NCBI GenBank assembly: GCA_002269645.1
Contig: NIVC01002317.1
Span: 1 to 44,503, forward strand
Direction: 5' to 3'
From: Macrostomum lignano
Taxonomy: Eukaryota
Length of the DNA: 44,503 bases
Below the pieces are notes generated by a model, which did not search any database, had not been told where the DNA came from, and saw only the letters and a program-made list of their open reading frames with translations. The number at the start of each line of letters is the position of its first letter. The first letter of the stretch is position 1. The position numbers and the translations under genes are program-made. Positions 12,120-22,700 of the stretch are shown piece by piece.

Positions 12120-13109
12120 TTAAGCCTCCTCGTCTGCAGGCTGCTGTACCTGCCAGACAGGCTGAGTGTGCAGATGGCTGCAGGCCCTTAGAAAAGCCGC
12201 AATTGAAAGTGTACTTTCTCTAAGATGTCTGCAATGCGTCTCGAAGGCAGCATTCACTCGTGCGTACCTGGCATGCACCTGCTGGTGATGAGTAACAGCC
12301 TGGCCCCTGTGAACTTGCTGCTGTAGCCGTCGCACCCGTTCAGCATCACGCTCTAGCAGGTCCAGCAGAAGGTAGAAGTTCAGCGGTTTCTGTCCACGCT
12401 TGTTGAGTTGACCATGCCAGGCTTCTACGTCGTTGTTGGTCCTCTTGTACTGCTCGAAGACGCAGATAGCATCACGGTCCCAGACGGGATGCTGCAGCCA
12501 GGTAGTGCGCACATACTCGGCTAGCTGTAGGAGTAGCTCATTACCTATTGCCAGTTGAATGCAGGCTGCCAGACCATCAAGCATACAAGCGGACGGCAAG
12601 CATGGAATCGAGAGAAGCATGCGTACAACCAACTTAACTGCTGGAACAGTGGAATACTGCACCTGAAGGCCAAGATTTTGGACACGCCTGAAGACAGCTT
12701 GACAATAATGGAAGAAGCAGCCGCGAACTTGCGCACCTGGATATACCAGCCAAATTGCTTGCCAAGCAGCAGCTTCAAAGTCACAAGTGAACTTGATTGG
12801 CGCATTACCTGTTGACTCCCAAAGGCAACAAAAGCAGGCTTGATAATCAGCTTGAGCCTTACCGGACATCAAAAAGAAGGCAAGTGGTACCAGCCTTTCC
12901 TGCCCATCAAAGCGAATCGCGCCGTGTACACTGTAAAGCTGTTTGAAAGGTGCCTTGACAATGCTAAAAGTTCCGTCGCACTTCAAGATTCGTCGGGTTG
13001 ACGGTGCACATGCACGGTGCTGCCAATTCAAGCATTGAGAACACTCAATTGCTTCTTGTCCATCGCAAACTGGCTGCAGACAGACTACACATGGATATGC
13101 GCCTGCCAT
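12120..13109 (-). CDS. MULE (Mutator) DDE transposase with N-terminal PHD-type zinc finger, 329 aa; apparently lacks the usual DNA-binding region
   Basis: CVVC...CSQCLNWQHRAC (PHD-like), then CDGTF (D1), CDFEAAAWQAI (D2), GCFFHYCQAV (CxxH), RTNNDVEAWH (E), and C-terminal FLRACSHL. Confidence 0.92.
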   Translation of the reverse strand: MAGAYPCVVCLQPVCDGQEAIECSQCLNWQHRACAPSTRRILKCDGTFSIVKAPFKQLYSVHGAIRFDGQERLVPLAFFLMSGKAQADYQACFCCLWESTGNAPIKFTCDFEAAAWQAIWLVYPGAQVRGCFFHYCQAVFRRVQNLGLQVQYSTVPAVKLVVRMLLSIPCLPSACMLDGLAACIQLAIGNELLLQLAEYVRTTWLQHPVWDRDAICVFEQYKRTNNDVEAWHGQLNKRGQKPLNFYLLLDLLERDAERVRRLQQQVHRGQAVTHHQQVHARYARVNAAFETHCRHLRESTLSIAAFLRACSHLHTQPVWQVQQPADEEA

Positions 13110-14119
13110 TTTGTATCTAAGTGCTTAGACTGCTGTCAGTGAATAAGACAGATGAATTTTGAACAGGGCATGAAATTTACCCAGTTTTTATCCCTTTAAA
13201 CAAGTAAATTAGTCTCGACCAATAAGAGAAATGGAAAAAGCTACACCAGATTTTATATGAAGAAGAGATTTGTTTAATACGAAATATGTTTACACCTCTT
13301 AGGGGCCTACTATAAGTAGGAAATTAAGACTCGTAACCATTTTTGTCTTTAGCCCTGCAATAAACTAATAAAATTTTGACTGCCTGTCTAAACCCCCCCA
13401 TTGCAACCCCACATCTCCCCACCCGAAGCTATCCAATAGTAAACCAGCTGTCATTTTCCGTGACCCCCACCCCAGCTGTGGCCATCTTGGTGTGTGGCCA
13501 TCTTGGTCTTACACCTATATATTGCATAGGCCTAGCTTAAAATAATTGTTATATCAGTTATGATAATGTTGTATGACTTTCCAGGCCCCATTGAAGCTAC
13601 AGTATGACAGTGTCATTTGAACATCTTATTAACTCTATTCAAAATTGATATTGTCATTATTATTATTATTATTATTACATAGGTCCTATTGAATTTAGAA
13701 TTTTGCAAGTCTCATTTGCCTTGATCTTGAGGTCACTTGGTTGTTTTAAGCAAAGCTAGCAGCTAAGCAAGTATTTAAATTTAATTTCTAAACAAGAAAT
13801 TAAACATGATAATTAGTGCATCAATAGTATTCAATTAATATTGACAAAACCAATATCAACTTTTTTATCAATTTAATTAGGCCCTAGCAACTTTCATAAC
13901 AAACTATTTTCTAGTATCTAAGTAAAAAACTACAAAGAAATTTTTGTGCCACACACAAAGAAGCAGTTAGTTAGTATGTTTTAAACCCTTTTAACAACAA
14001 AAAAGTTTTAACAAAAACTAAATTGGCCTACTATTCAGTATTTAGTAGTTTATTTGGAAGATTTATAAAACAGTAAGAACAAAAAGACAGTTTTTAAATA
14101 GATTTATTTTATTTTATTT

Positions 14120-14490
14120 TAACTCTATTCCAATAAGCTGCCATATGGATAAGCTAAAAATTATCAGCATAGATCCGTGTCAATAAAATTGGAATTATTG
14201 ATACAACCTATAGACTTGAATGGTGGCAGCTATTTCAATAAGCTGTCGTGGGGATAAGTTGAAAATTATTGACATAGTCTATAGACTTGAATAGTGGTAG
14301 CTATTTCAATAAGCTGCTATAGGGACACATAAATTGAAATTATTGACACAGCCTATAGACTTGAATGTTGGCAGCTATTTTAACAAGCTGCCATAGGGAT
14401 AAACTGAAAATCACTAACATGGATCCATATAAATAAAATTGGAATTATTGGCATGGGATTGTGGGGATAAACACTTCCAAAAAATAATCT
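14120..14490. repeat. Modular ~75-bp repeat (TAGACTTGAAT-GGTGGCAGCTATTTCAATAAGCTG...), inverted diverged homologue of ~7203-7430
   Basis: The module recurs at ~14210, 14282 and 14356. The reverse complement of 14340-14480 aligns with 7203-7350 (CCCATGCC..TAATTCCAATTTTATT...GATCCATGT...TTCAAGTCTATAGGCT.TGTCAATA). Confidence 0.7.
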
Positions 14491-15679
14491 GTTGGCCTAG
14501 GCCTATATATAGATATAGTTTTCTTCATTGAAATTTTTTGATTGAATTTCTAATGAACAAGCTAGGCTTAAAATGAGTATATTCTAGGTTTTTGTATGCT
14601 GAGTATGCATTATATGCACCCTGAATTTTGAAATTGTACTCTTAAATTGAAAAAGTGAATATAGTTTAAGTGTGGTCTCACAACTTATTTTCTATTTAAG
14701 CCTCATTTACACTGCCTTAAAATAGGCCTAAGATCTAGAAAACAAGACAAGAAGTCAAGGTAGTCTTTGGATATTAATATTAGAAAATATATATACATAT
14801 GTCTATATGATTTCCATGCTTTTTGACCTTTTGTTGATTGTTGCTTGTGCTTTTTGGTACTTGACATTTGGTATCCTAGGTATCCCAGCTTTTCAATGCC
14901 CCAGTTTATGATGCCTAAATAATAAAAAGGGCATTATGGCAATATCCTAGTTTCTAGCTTTAAATTATTTTTAATTTGATACCAGATTTTAAACAATGAA
15001 TTGAAATATATTTAATAAAGTATACTTAAGATATGTGCAAGTCTAAACTATGAAGGTCTTAAAAGCAGTATTATATAGTATAGTAGGCCTAATAATGTAA
15101 TGGGTTACCTAGTACAGAAAGTTGAGGCACTTCTTTTGGAATAGTCAATACTAGAAGAACTTGCTGAGATGGGAGTCAAAAAAATCAAAAAGGTTATCAC
15201 TAGTGCTATTCATTTGTAACTTTAGATATAATCTTTATAGTTAGGCCTAACTTGAACTTTAAGCATATATGTGCTTTTACTTGTTTAAGACTAAAAGCTA
15301 TACTTTTACTAATATATACTTAAGTAAATTTGTTTTAGTTCATTTGTTTAAAGTTCAGTGTGAAAATAATTTAATATGGGAAACTAGGACATTGGCTAAA
15401 AATTAATCTAATAACAATGTAGTAAATACTCTATAAAACTTTTTATTTTCCTAAGAAAAGCAGTTTCTATCCATTTTATTTAATTGATATTTTTATAGAT
15501 TTGAAAAATGAAATGAATTTTTTAAACCAATTTTATATGAAAATATCTGATAGAACTGATTTAAATACTGAATAATGCTAAATACATATATATTTGTGAA
15601 TAATATCCTTTTAGTAGCCTTTGATCAATAGGCCATCATCTTTATTTATTCAATAAAAAGTGCACCTAGACCAAATGCT

Positions 15680-16430
15680 AACTCTACTCTTCAAGTTTAT
15701 AGGAATTAACACCCTGGAATCTATGATCTATAAACTTGATTCCTAATGTTTTTTTCTCCAAAAGCCTGAACAAAACTTGCCTTTGATTGCTTAAGCACCC
15801 CTGCCTTTCCTCAAGATGTGCCACATGTTGTCTCATCATTAATTCCCTCCTCTCATTTATGAGTCTCAAGTCCACAACCCCTAGCACTGTCAACTCTTCA
15901 AACTTGAACTTCTTAATCTTCCATTTTTTAAGCCTTCTCAAATCTTAACATAATATACTCAATTGTTATGCCTTTAATCCCTCTGCCTTTCCTTAGAGCA
16001 CAACTATCACTAATTCTTTTCTTTCATTTATAAGCCATAATAATAATACTTTACTTTTTTGTTCCAAATATTTGTTCCATAGCAAAGCAATTATTCAGTA
16101 TTCAGATTGTCAACTTTCCATTTCCAATTTAAATTTTATTTTTGGTCAATTTAATTCAATTTTGAGTATACCAAATATTTATCTATTGTATATTTCTTCG
16201 ATTTCAAAAAATATTTTTGATTTAATTGCATTTGCTATATCCAAATGGATATATTTGAAAGACAAAGAAAACATTATCTTATATATTCCAAATAAAAGTA
16301 CTAAACTATGCCTCAAAAATTGTCAAAAAAAGCTTTTGAGTTGTCTTAATGACAACATTTTTGAAACTCTTCTATTTGTATAAAGTCCATTATCTATATG
16401 AAATAAAGCAGACCAAAATATTGATCAGTT
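15680..16430 (-). pseudogene. Probable degraded non-LTR retrotransposon (L1/Tx1-like ORF2) remnant
   Basis: The minus-strand fragment KKWKIKKFKFEELTVLGVVDLRLINE...RQHVAHL resembles the post-RT W..K.KIK..L...GGLGV.D.R..N block. Upstream frames contain many stops and frameshifts (LYTN, KYLV-like remnants). Recognition by eye only. Confidence 0.4.
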
Positions 16431-16726
16431 TTATAGAAATTGCTCTATTGTTAATATTATATCCTAGGCCTATTTCACTATAATAAAGGTCTTTTTATTT
16501 TAGAAATATTGTTGAGCAAAATTATTGCTTTTTCAAATTTATCAGATGTTTTTCACTTTCAAATAAATAAAAATGAAAGTTAAATTTTTAAGTTAAAAGT
16601 GAAAGTTCAAATTGAAAGTTGAAAGTTGAAAATTAAAAATTGAAATAATTTAAAATATTTTCAATTTTAATGAAAAATGATATGTTCATTAGCTTTCAAA
16701 TCTCCAATGTTTTCTGTTCCAGTGCA

Positions 16727-19700
16727 ATGGGGTCCCTACTGATTCCATCTGATGTTAGAGTGGAAACAGAGTTCAAACTTCTTCCACTAACAGAACCAGG
16801 AAGTGGCACTGCAGTCTCTTCGGGTAAATAATTAATTGGTTATCTATTTAATGTGTAATAGTGGTTTTGTTTACCAATAATCTATGATAATTGTTGATTG
16901 GTTTAGCCTTATCTATATCCAGGTGTGAATATTGGTTTACCCTTATCTATATCCAGGTGTGAATATTGGTTTACCATCATCTATATCCAGGTGTGAATAT
17001 TGGTTTACCCTTATCTATATCCAGGTGTGAATATTGGTTTACCATCATCTATATCCAGGTGTGAGTATTGATTTACCATTATCTATATCCTTACATCCCT
17101 TATCTATAGATGGCAAGACCGTGTGCTACTGGAGCGGCCCCCGCCTGCACTGCCTCCATGTGCCCAGCTACAGGCCAGCCGGCGCCTGGCACCTGGGCCG
17201 CTCGTCTCCGTGCACCTGGTCTATACGCGACGTGAAATTCTTCAGCCTAGACTCTATTCAGCATCTTCTAGTGGCAGCCGAGGCAATTGAAACGGCCGAT
17301 TGTCACCTGGTGATGTTGCAGTGCGGTCGATCCGCTGCCTTGAAGCGGCTCAGACTGCCTTACCGGGCCTCCTGTCTGGCCGTGCTGGCCATGCCCGACT
17401 GTCTCCAGCCCGCTTCCGTTTGCGGCCCGTTGCTTGGCGCGTTCGCTGGCTGCGCCGCTATTGGCTGCCACTCTGGTCACGTGATGCTAATTGATCTTCG
17501 ACTTGACGACGACGAGCTCGGCAGCGATTTGGGCTTCGGCGGCGGCGACAGCGACGAAAGCGGCTGCGGCGGCGGCGGCGGCGCATCTTCAGCGACTGGC
17601 CCGGAGTCGGCGGCAGCGTCGGCTTCGGCGAACACAATGCCGACATCCGCGGCAGCTCAGGCGATGCCGATGTCCACTCTGGCTGTAGTGGCGTCGGCGC
17701 CTGCGCCGGCTGACGCCGTGGCGCGGCTACGGGATGCCGCCTGCGACAGCGGCGGGCATCTCTACTGCCTGCTGGATGGTAAGGGGGGGCTGAATAAAAA
17801 GGCTTAGGAAAACAGCTTAGATCGATAGCGGTGGAAATAAATTGATGTAGAGGTAGTCGATCAGAGTGGGGAAGATTAGAGTGGGAAAATGAGAATAGAG
17901 AGAAGTCAGACTTAGGAAGATTAGAGTGGGAAAATTAGAGGGGAAGACAGACTTGGGAAGATTAGAGTGGAAAAGTTAGGGAAGAAAGAATTAGGAAAAT
18001 TAGAGTGAAAAAATTAAATGGGAAGCCAGAGAAGATATGCTTGTACATGCTGAGCAAAAGTTAAAGTTGTGTGATGTGTCAACATGTCACCATAAAAGTC
18101 AATAAAATCTTATTTACAGACAACCTGTTGACAAGCAGTGCCTGTTTCAAATATAAGAAAACTAACGGAGAAGTTTGGCAGGCGTTCTCCGCCGATAGCG
18201 TGTCGGTGACGGCTCTGCACTATTCTAAGCTGACCGCCTCTCTGCTTGTCGGATTCAGCTTTGGCGGAGCTCAAATCTGGAGACTGGTTGACGGCTTTCA
18301 CGAGTGAGTGCGGATCAGCAAATCAGCTTTTCCTGATCCCTAAATCTGCTTTTTCTGATGCCCATGTCTTCTTTTTCTGATCCCCATGTTTGCTTTTCTA
18401 ATCTCCATGTCTGCTTTTTCTGATCTCCATGTCTTCTTTTTCTGATCTCCATGTCTTCTTTTTCTGATCTCCATGTCTTCTTTTTCTGATCTCCATGTCT
18501 TCTTTTTCTGTCTTCTTTTTCTGATCTCTTTTTCTGATCTCCATGTCTTCTTTTTCTGATCCCCATGTCTTCTTTTTCTAATCTCCTTGTCTTCTTTTTC
18601 TGATCCCCATATCTCCTGTTTCTGCTCCTTATCGATCTGCTTTTTTGACTCTTTAATGTAGTTTTTGAGTGTTAATTAAGCTTTTCGAAAGCATTAGCTA
18701 AACAAATGTCTGTTTGCTTCAGATTCACCTGCAAAATTGAGTTCTCCTCGCCGCCGGTGTCTCATTTTGTGCTATTAAAAGCCGACGACGATCCAATGAA
18801 CCTGCTCTACCTGTGGATCTGCCGGGGCAGCAGGTGTGTTAGCATAATTATTGAATAAATGAATCTGATTAGAGACTACCGGGTTTTAGTGCGATTCACA
18901 ACCCACCTGTTCATCTCCCGCCTCAACATGTTTACAGAGAAGTATCTGCCCTGAGTACCATAGTACTCTATCAGCTAAAGTACAGAGATCGCAAGTCGCT
19001 CAGCAGTTCTCAATCGGAATCTTCGTCTAACGGATCGGATCCAGTGGCTTGTGTTCACTACGACACTCTGGTTAGCGCAGGGGTGTCGTTCTCCCAGTGT
19101 CTGGCTCTGAGCGGCGGCGAATCCACCAATAGCCGATTGATCCATTGCGACAATTTCTTTACTAGACAATCGATTAATAACGACGAAGATTTGAGTCGGG
19201 CCTATTTTGTTTGGACTGAATGCTCGGGTTCTATTCTGCATGTTGGCGTGTTTGATCTTAACCGCTGGTATCAGTGCCAGCTGCCTAGGACTGCCAAGTA
19301 CAGCCTGCGGAGCCTGCATCCCTACTTTGCTGTTCACCGGCTGGAATTGCAGCGGCATCTGCTTAGCAGCGGACTGAGATTGCTGGGAGGCCCCGCGCCA
19401 TTTGTGCTGGCTGCCACTGTGGTGCCGGACTCTGTGAGTCGCATTGCTGTCTCTGTGTCTGGTGTCTGCGTGAGTGTGTCTGCATGTGTGTGTCTGGTGT
19501 CTGCGTGAGTGTGTCTGCATGTGTGTGTCTGGTGTCTGCGTGAGTGTGTCTGCATGTGTGTGTCTGGTGTCTGCGTGAGTGTGTCTGCATGTGTGTTGTC
19601 TGGTGTCTGCGTGAGTGTGTCTGCATGTGTGTGTCTGCATGTGTGTGTCTGGTGTCTGCGTGAGTGTGTCTGCATGCGTGTGTCTGGTGTCTGCGTGAGT

Positions 19701-22700
19701 GTCTGCATGTGTGTTGTCTGGTGTCTGCGTGAGTGTGTCTGCATGTGTGTCTGGTGTCTGCGTGAGTGTGTCTGCATGTGTGTGTCTGGTGTCTGCATGT
19801 TTGTCTGGTGTCTGCGTGAGTGTGTCTGCATGTGTGTCTGGTGTCTGCGTGAGTGTGTCTGCATGTGTGTGTCTGGTGTCTGCGTGAGTGTGTCTGCATG
19901 TGTGTCTGGTGTCTGCGTGAGTGTGTCTGCATGTGTGTGTCTGGTGTCTGCATGTGTGTCTGGTGTCTGCGTGAGTGTGTCTGCATGTGTGTCTGGTGTC
20001 TGCGTGAGTGTCTGCATGTGTGTGTCTGGTGTCTGCGTGAGTGTGTCTGCATGTGTGTGTCTGGTGTCTGCATGTGTGTCTGGTGTCTGCGTGAGTGTGT
20101 CTGCATGTGTGTCTGGTGTCTGCGTGAGTGTGTCTGCATGTGTGTGTCTGGTGTCTGCATGTGTGTCTGGTGTCTGCGTGAGTGTGTCTGCATGTGTGTG
20201 TCTGGTGTCTGCGTGAGTGTGTCTGCATGTGTGTGTCTAGTGTCTGCGTGAGTGTGTCTGCATGTGTGTGTCTGGTGTCTGCATGTGTGTCTGGTGTCTG
20301 CGTGAGTGTGTCTGCATGTGTGTCTGGTGTCTGCGTGAGTGTGTCTGCATGTGTGTCTGGTGTCTGCGTGAGTGTGTCTGCATGTGTGTCTGGTGTCTAC
20401 GTGAGTGTGTCTGCATGTCTGTGTCTGGTGTCTACGTGAGTGTGTCTGCATGTGTGTCTGGTGTCTGCGTGAGTGTGTCTGCATGTGTGTCTGGTGTCTA
20501 CGTGAGTGTGTCTGCATGTCTGTGTCTGGTGTCTACGTGAGTGTGTCTGCATGTGTGTCTGGTGTCTGCGTGAGTGTGTCTGCATGTGTGTCTGGTGTCT
20601 GCGTGAGTGTGTCTGCATGTCTGTGTCTGGTGTCTACGTGAGTGTGTCTGCATGTCTGTCTGGTGTCTGCGTGAGTGTGTCTGCATGTGTCTGGTGTCTG
20701 CTTGTGTCATACATGCGCAACAGTCGGCCGAGTCGGCGGATCCGGCCGACCGATTTGGCGGCCAATCAAGGAAGTCTATTTCTCAAGAAAAATACCAAAG
20801 TAGTAGTACTAAGTAGCTGACGAAGCATTTTGACTTAATAATAAAGTCATAGTTACTCCTGCCATTTACCCAGAGTTGCGTTAATTTTGCTTTAGGGTTT
20901 TTTTTACATGTGAGTCGCATTTTTGGCCAAAAACTACGTCGCATTTTTGTTAAAACTAAGTCGCATGGCCGACCGAATGTTGGGGGTTGCGCATGTATGG
21001 CTTGTGTGTGTCTGCATGTGTGTTGTCTGGTGTCTGCGTGAGTGTGTCTGCATGTGTGTCTGGTGTCTGCTTGTGTGTCTGGTGTCTGCTTGTGTGTGTC
21101 TGGTGTCTGCATGTGTGTGTCTGGTGGCTGCGTGAGTGTGTCTGGTGTCTGCATGTGTGTTTCTGGTGTCTGCATGTGTGTCTGGTGTCTGCATGTGTGT
21201 GTCTGGTGTCTGCATGTGTCTGGTGTCTGCATGTGTGTGTCTGGTGTCTGCATGTGTCTGGTGTCTGCATGTGTGTCTGGTGTCTGCATGTGTCTGGTGT
21301 CTGCATGTGTCTGGTGTCTTTTTGTGTGTGTCTGCATTTGTGTTGTCTGGTGTTTGCGTGAGTTTGTCTGCATGTGTCTGGTGTCTGCGTGAGTGTGTCT
21401 GCATGTCTGTGTCTGGTGTCTGCATGTGTCTGGTGTCTGCGTGAGTGTGTCTGCATGTCTGTGTCTGGTGTCTGCGTGAGTGTGTCTGCATGTGTGTTGT
21501 CTGGTGTCTGCGTGAGTGTGTCTGCATGTGTCTGGTGTCTGCTTGTGTGTGTCTGCATGTGTGTCTGTTGTCTGCGTGAGTGTGTCTGGTGTCTACTTGT
21601 GTTTCTGGTGTCTGCTTTTGTCTCCGTGTCTTCTAAGTGCATTTATATTTCATAAAGAAGCATTAATAGTTAATAAAAACAGTTCTTAGTTCAGCTCACA
21701 ATTGCAAAGTCCTCAATAATAATCCCTCGCCGATACCAACGCAGGCGACGCAATTCCAGCCGGGCCTCAACCCGCGGCCCGGAGCCGCTCCGGCCGAGCA
21801 GCTGTTCTACCCCGCCTCCCTCGGCTACCGGGTCCGCCTGCACTGCCCGCCGCACGCCCTGCTGCTCCGATGCGACGGCGCCCAGCGAGCCCACCTGGAC
21901 TTAATTGGCCGCCTGTCGCCGGACAGCCTGATGGCCAGGGCCGATGAGCTCGCTGACCGGTGCGTCCAGCTCGGCCTGCTGTCACCGCCGCCGCCGTCGT
22001 CCTCGGCAGCAGAGTCTGACGATGTCGTTGGTGAGAACGACTCGGATGCCAGGCGGCGCCTCCTCACAGTCTGTCTGGAGCACAGCCGCGATGATGCCCT
22101 GCCGACGCTGGGCTGCGGCCAGTACTCCGCCCTGGTGATCGACTGGCTCTGGGCCAGCGTCCGTCGATACAAGCATCTGCTGGACTCGGCCACGGCCGGA
22201 CTGTTTAGCGTCGACAACCAGCAGGACGATGTCGATGAGGACGAAGTTGTTAAAGATGTCGACGCGGACGCTGTCGCCGATGATAGTCGGGTTGTTCAAC
22301 TGGTGACGCTGCTGGATCGTCTGGACGAGCTGCTTCGTCGCCTGCTGGATTGTCGGCCAGCGTCGTCGGCCGCCGTCGCTGATCTTCGCTGTCGGGCGGA
22401 CGCGGTGTCCCGCCTTTGCGCATACGCCAGAAGATTGCAATGGTGCGCCAGGGCTCGCCTGCTGCCGCCCGGCCGATTGGCGCCGGTTTTCGCCGACCTG
22501 GAGACCCAGGTGGCCGACGCCAGGCGGTCGCGAGCTCTAGTCGTCGACTGTCTGATCGAGCGGTTGTTCAGCTACGATGCCGCGCCGGCCGGCCACTGCG
22601 TCGATATTGACTCTGTCGGCGCCGAGGCGGAGTCACCGGTGTCGATGACCTATCCGCCTGCCGATGCTCGACACCTGCTGGAGTCCGTGTTCCTCAGGGC

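Larger units (their letters stand above)
8262..13515 (-). mobile_element. Mutator-like element (MULE), ~5.25 kb, with TIRs and TSD
   Basis: Perfect 35-bp inverted repeat GACCAAGATGGCCACACACCAAGATGGCCACAGCT (8269-8303 / 13474-13508) plus GG termini (8262, 13515). Flanked by the duplicated TATATATT(G) (8254-8261/2 and 13516-13523/4). Encloses a MULE transposase ORF. Confidence 0.88.
7459..13701. repeat. Long foldback inverted repeat interrupted by two insertions (arms 7459-7701 + 8000-8110 versus 8114-8261 + 13516-13701)
   Basis: 13516-13701 is the near-perfect reverse complement of 7459-~7648, including (AAT)n versus (ATT)n. 8195-8261 is the reverse complement of ~7640-7705. The palindrome centre is TTGTCTATA-AT-ATATAGACAA at ~8112. 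Confidence 0.85.

Noticed and set aside
18975-21655. Long His/Thr/Gln- and Cys/Val-rich ORFs on both strands (up to 417 aa)
   Set aside because: They are translations of the TG-rich intronic minisatellite, open in several frames at once. Only 18938-19433 on + is real ELYS coding sequence.
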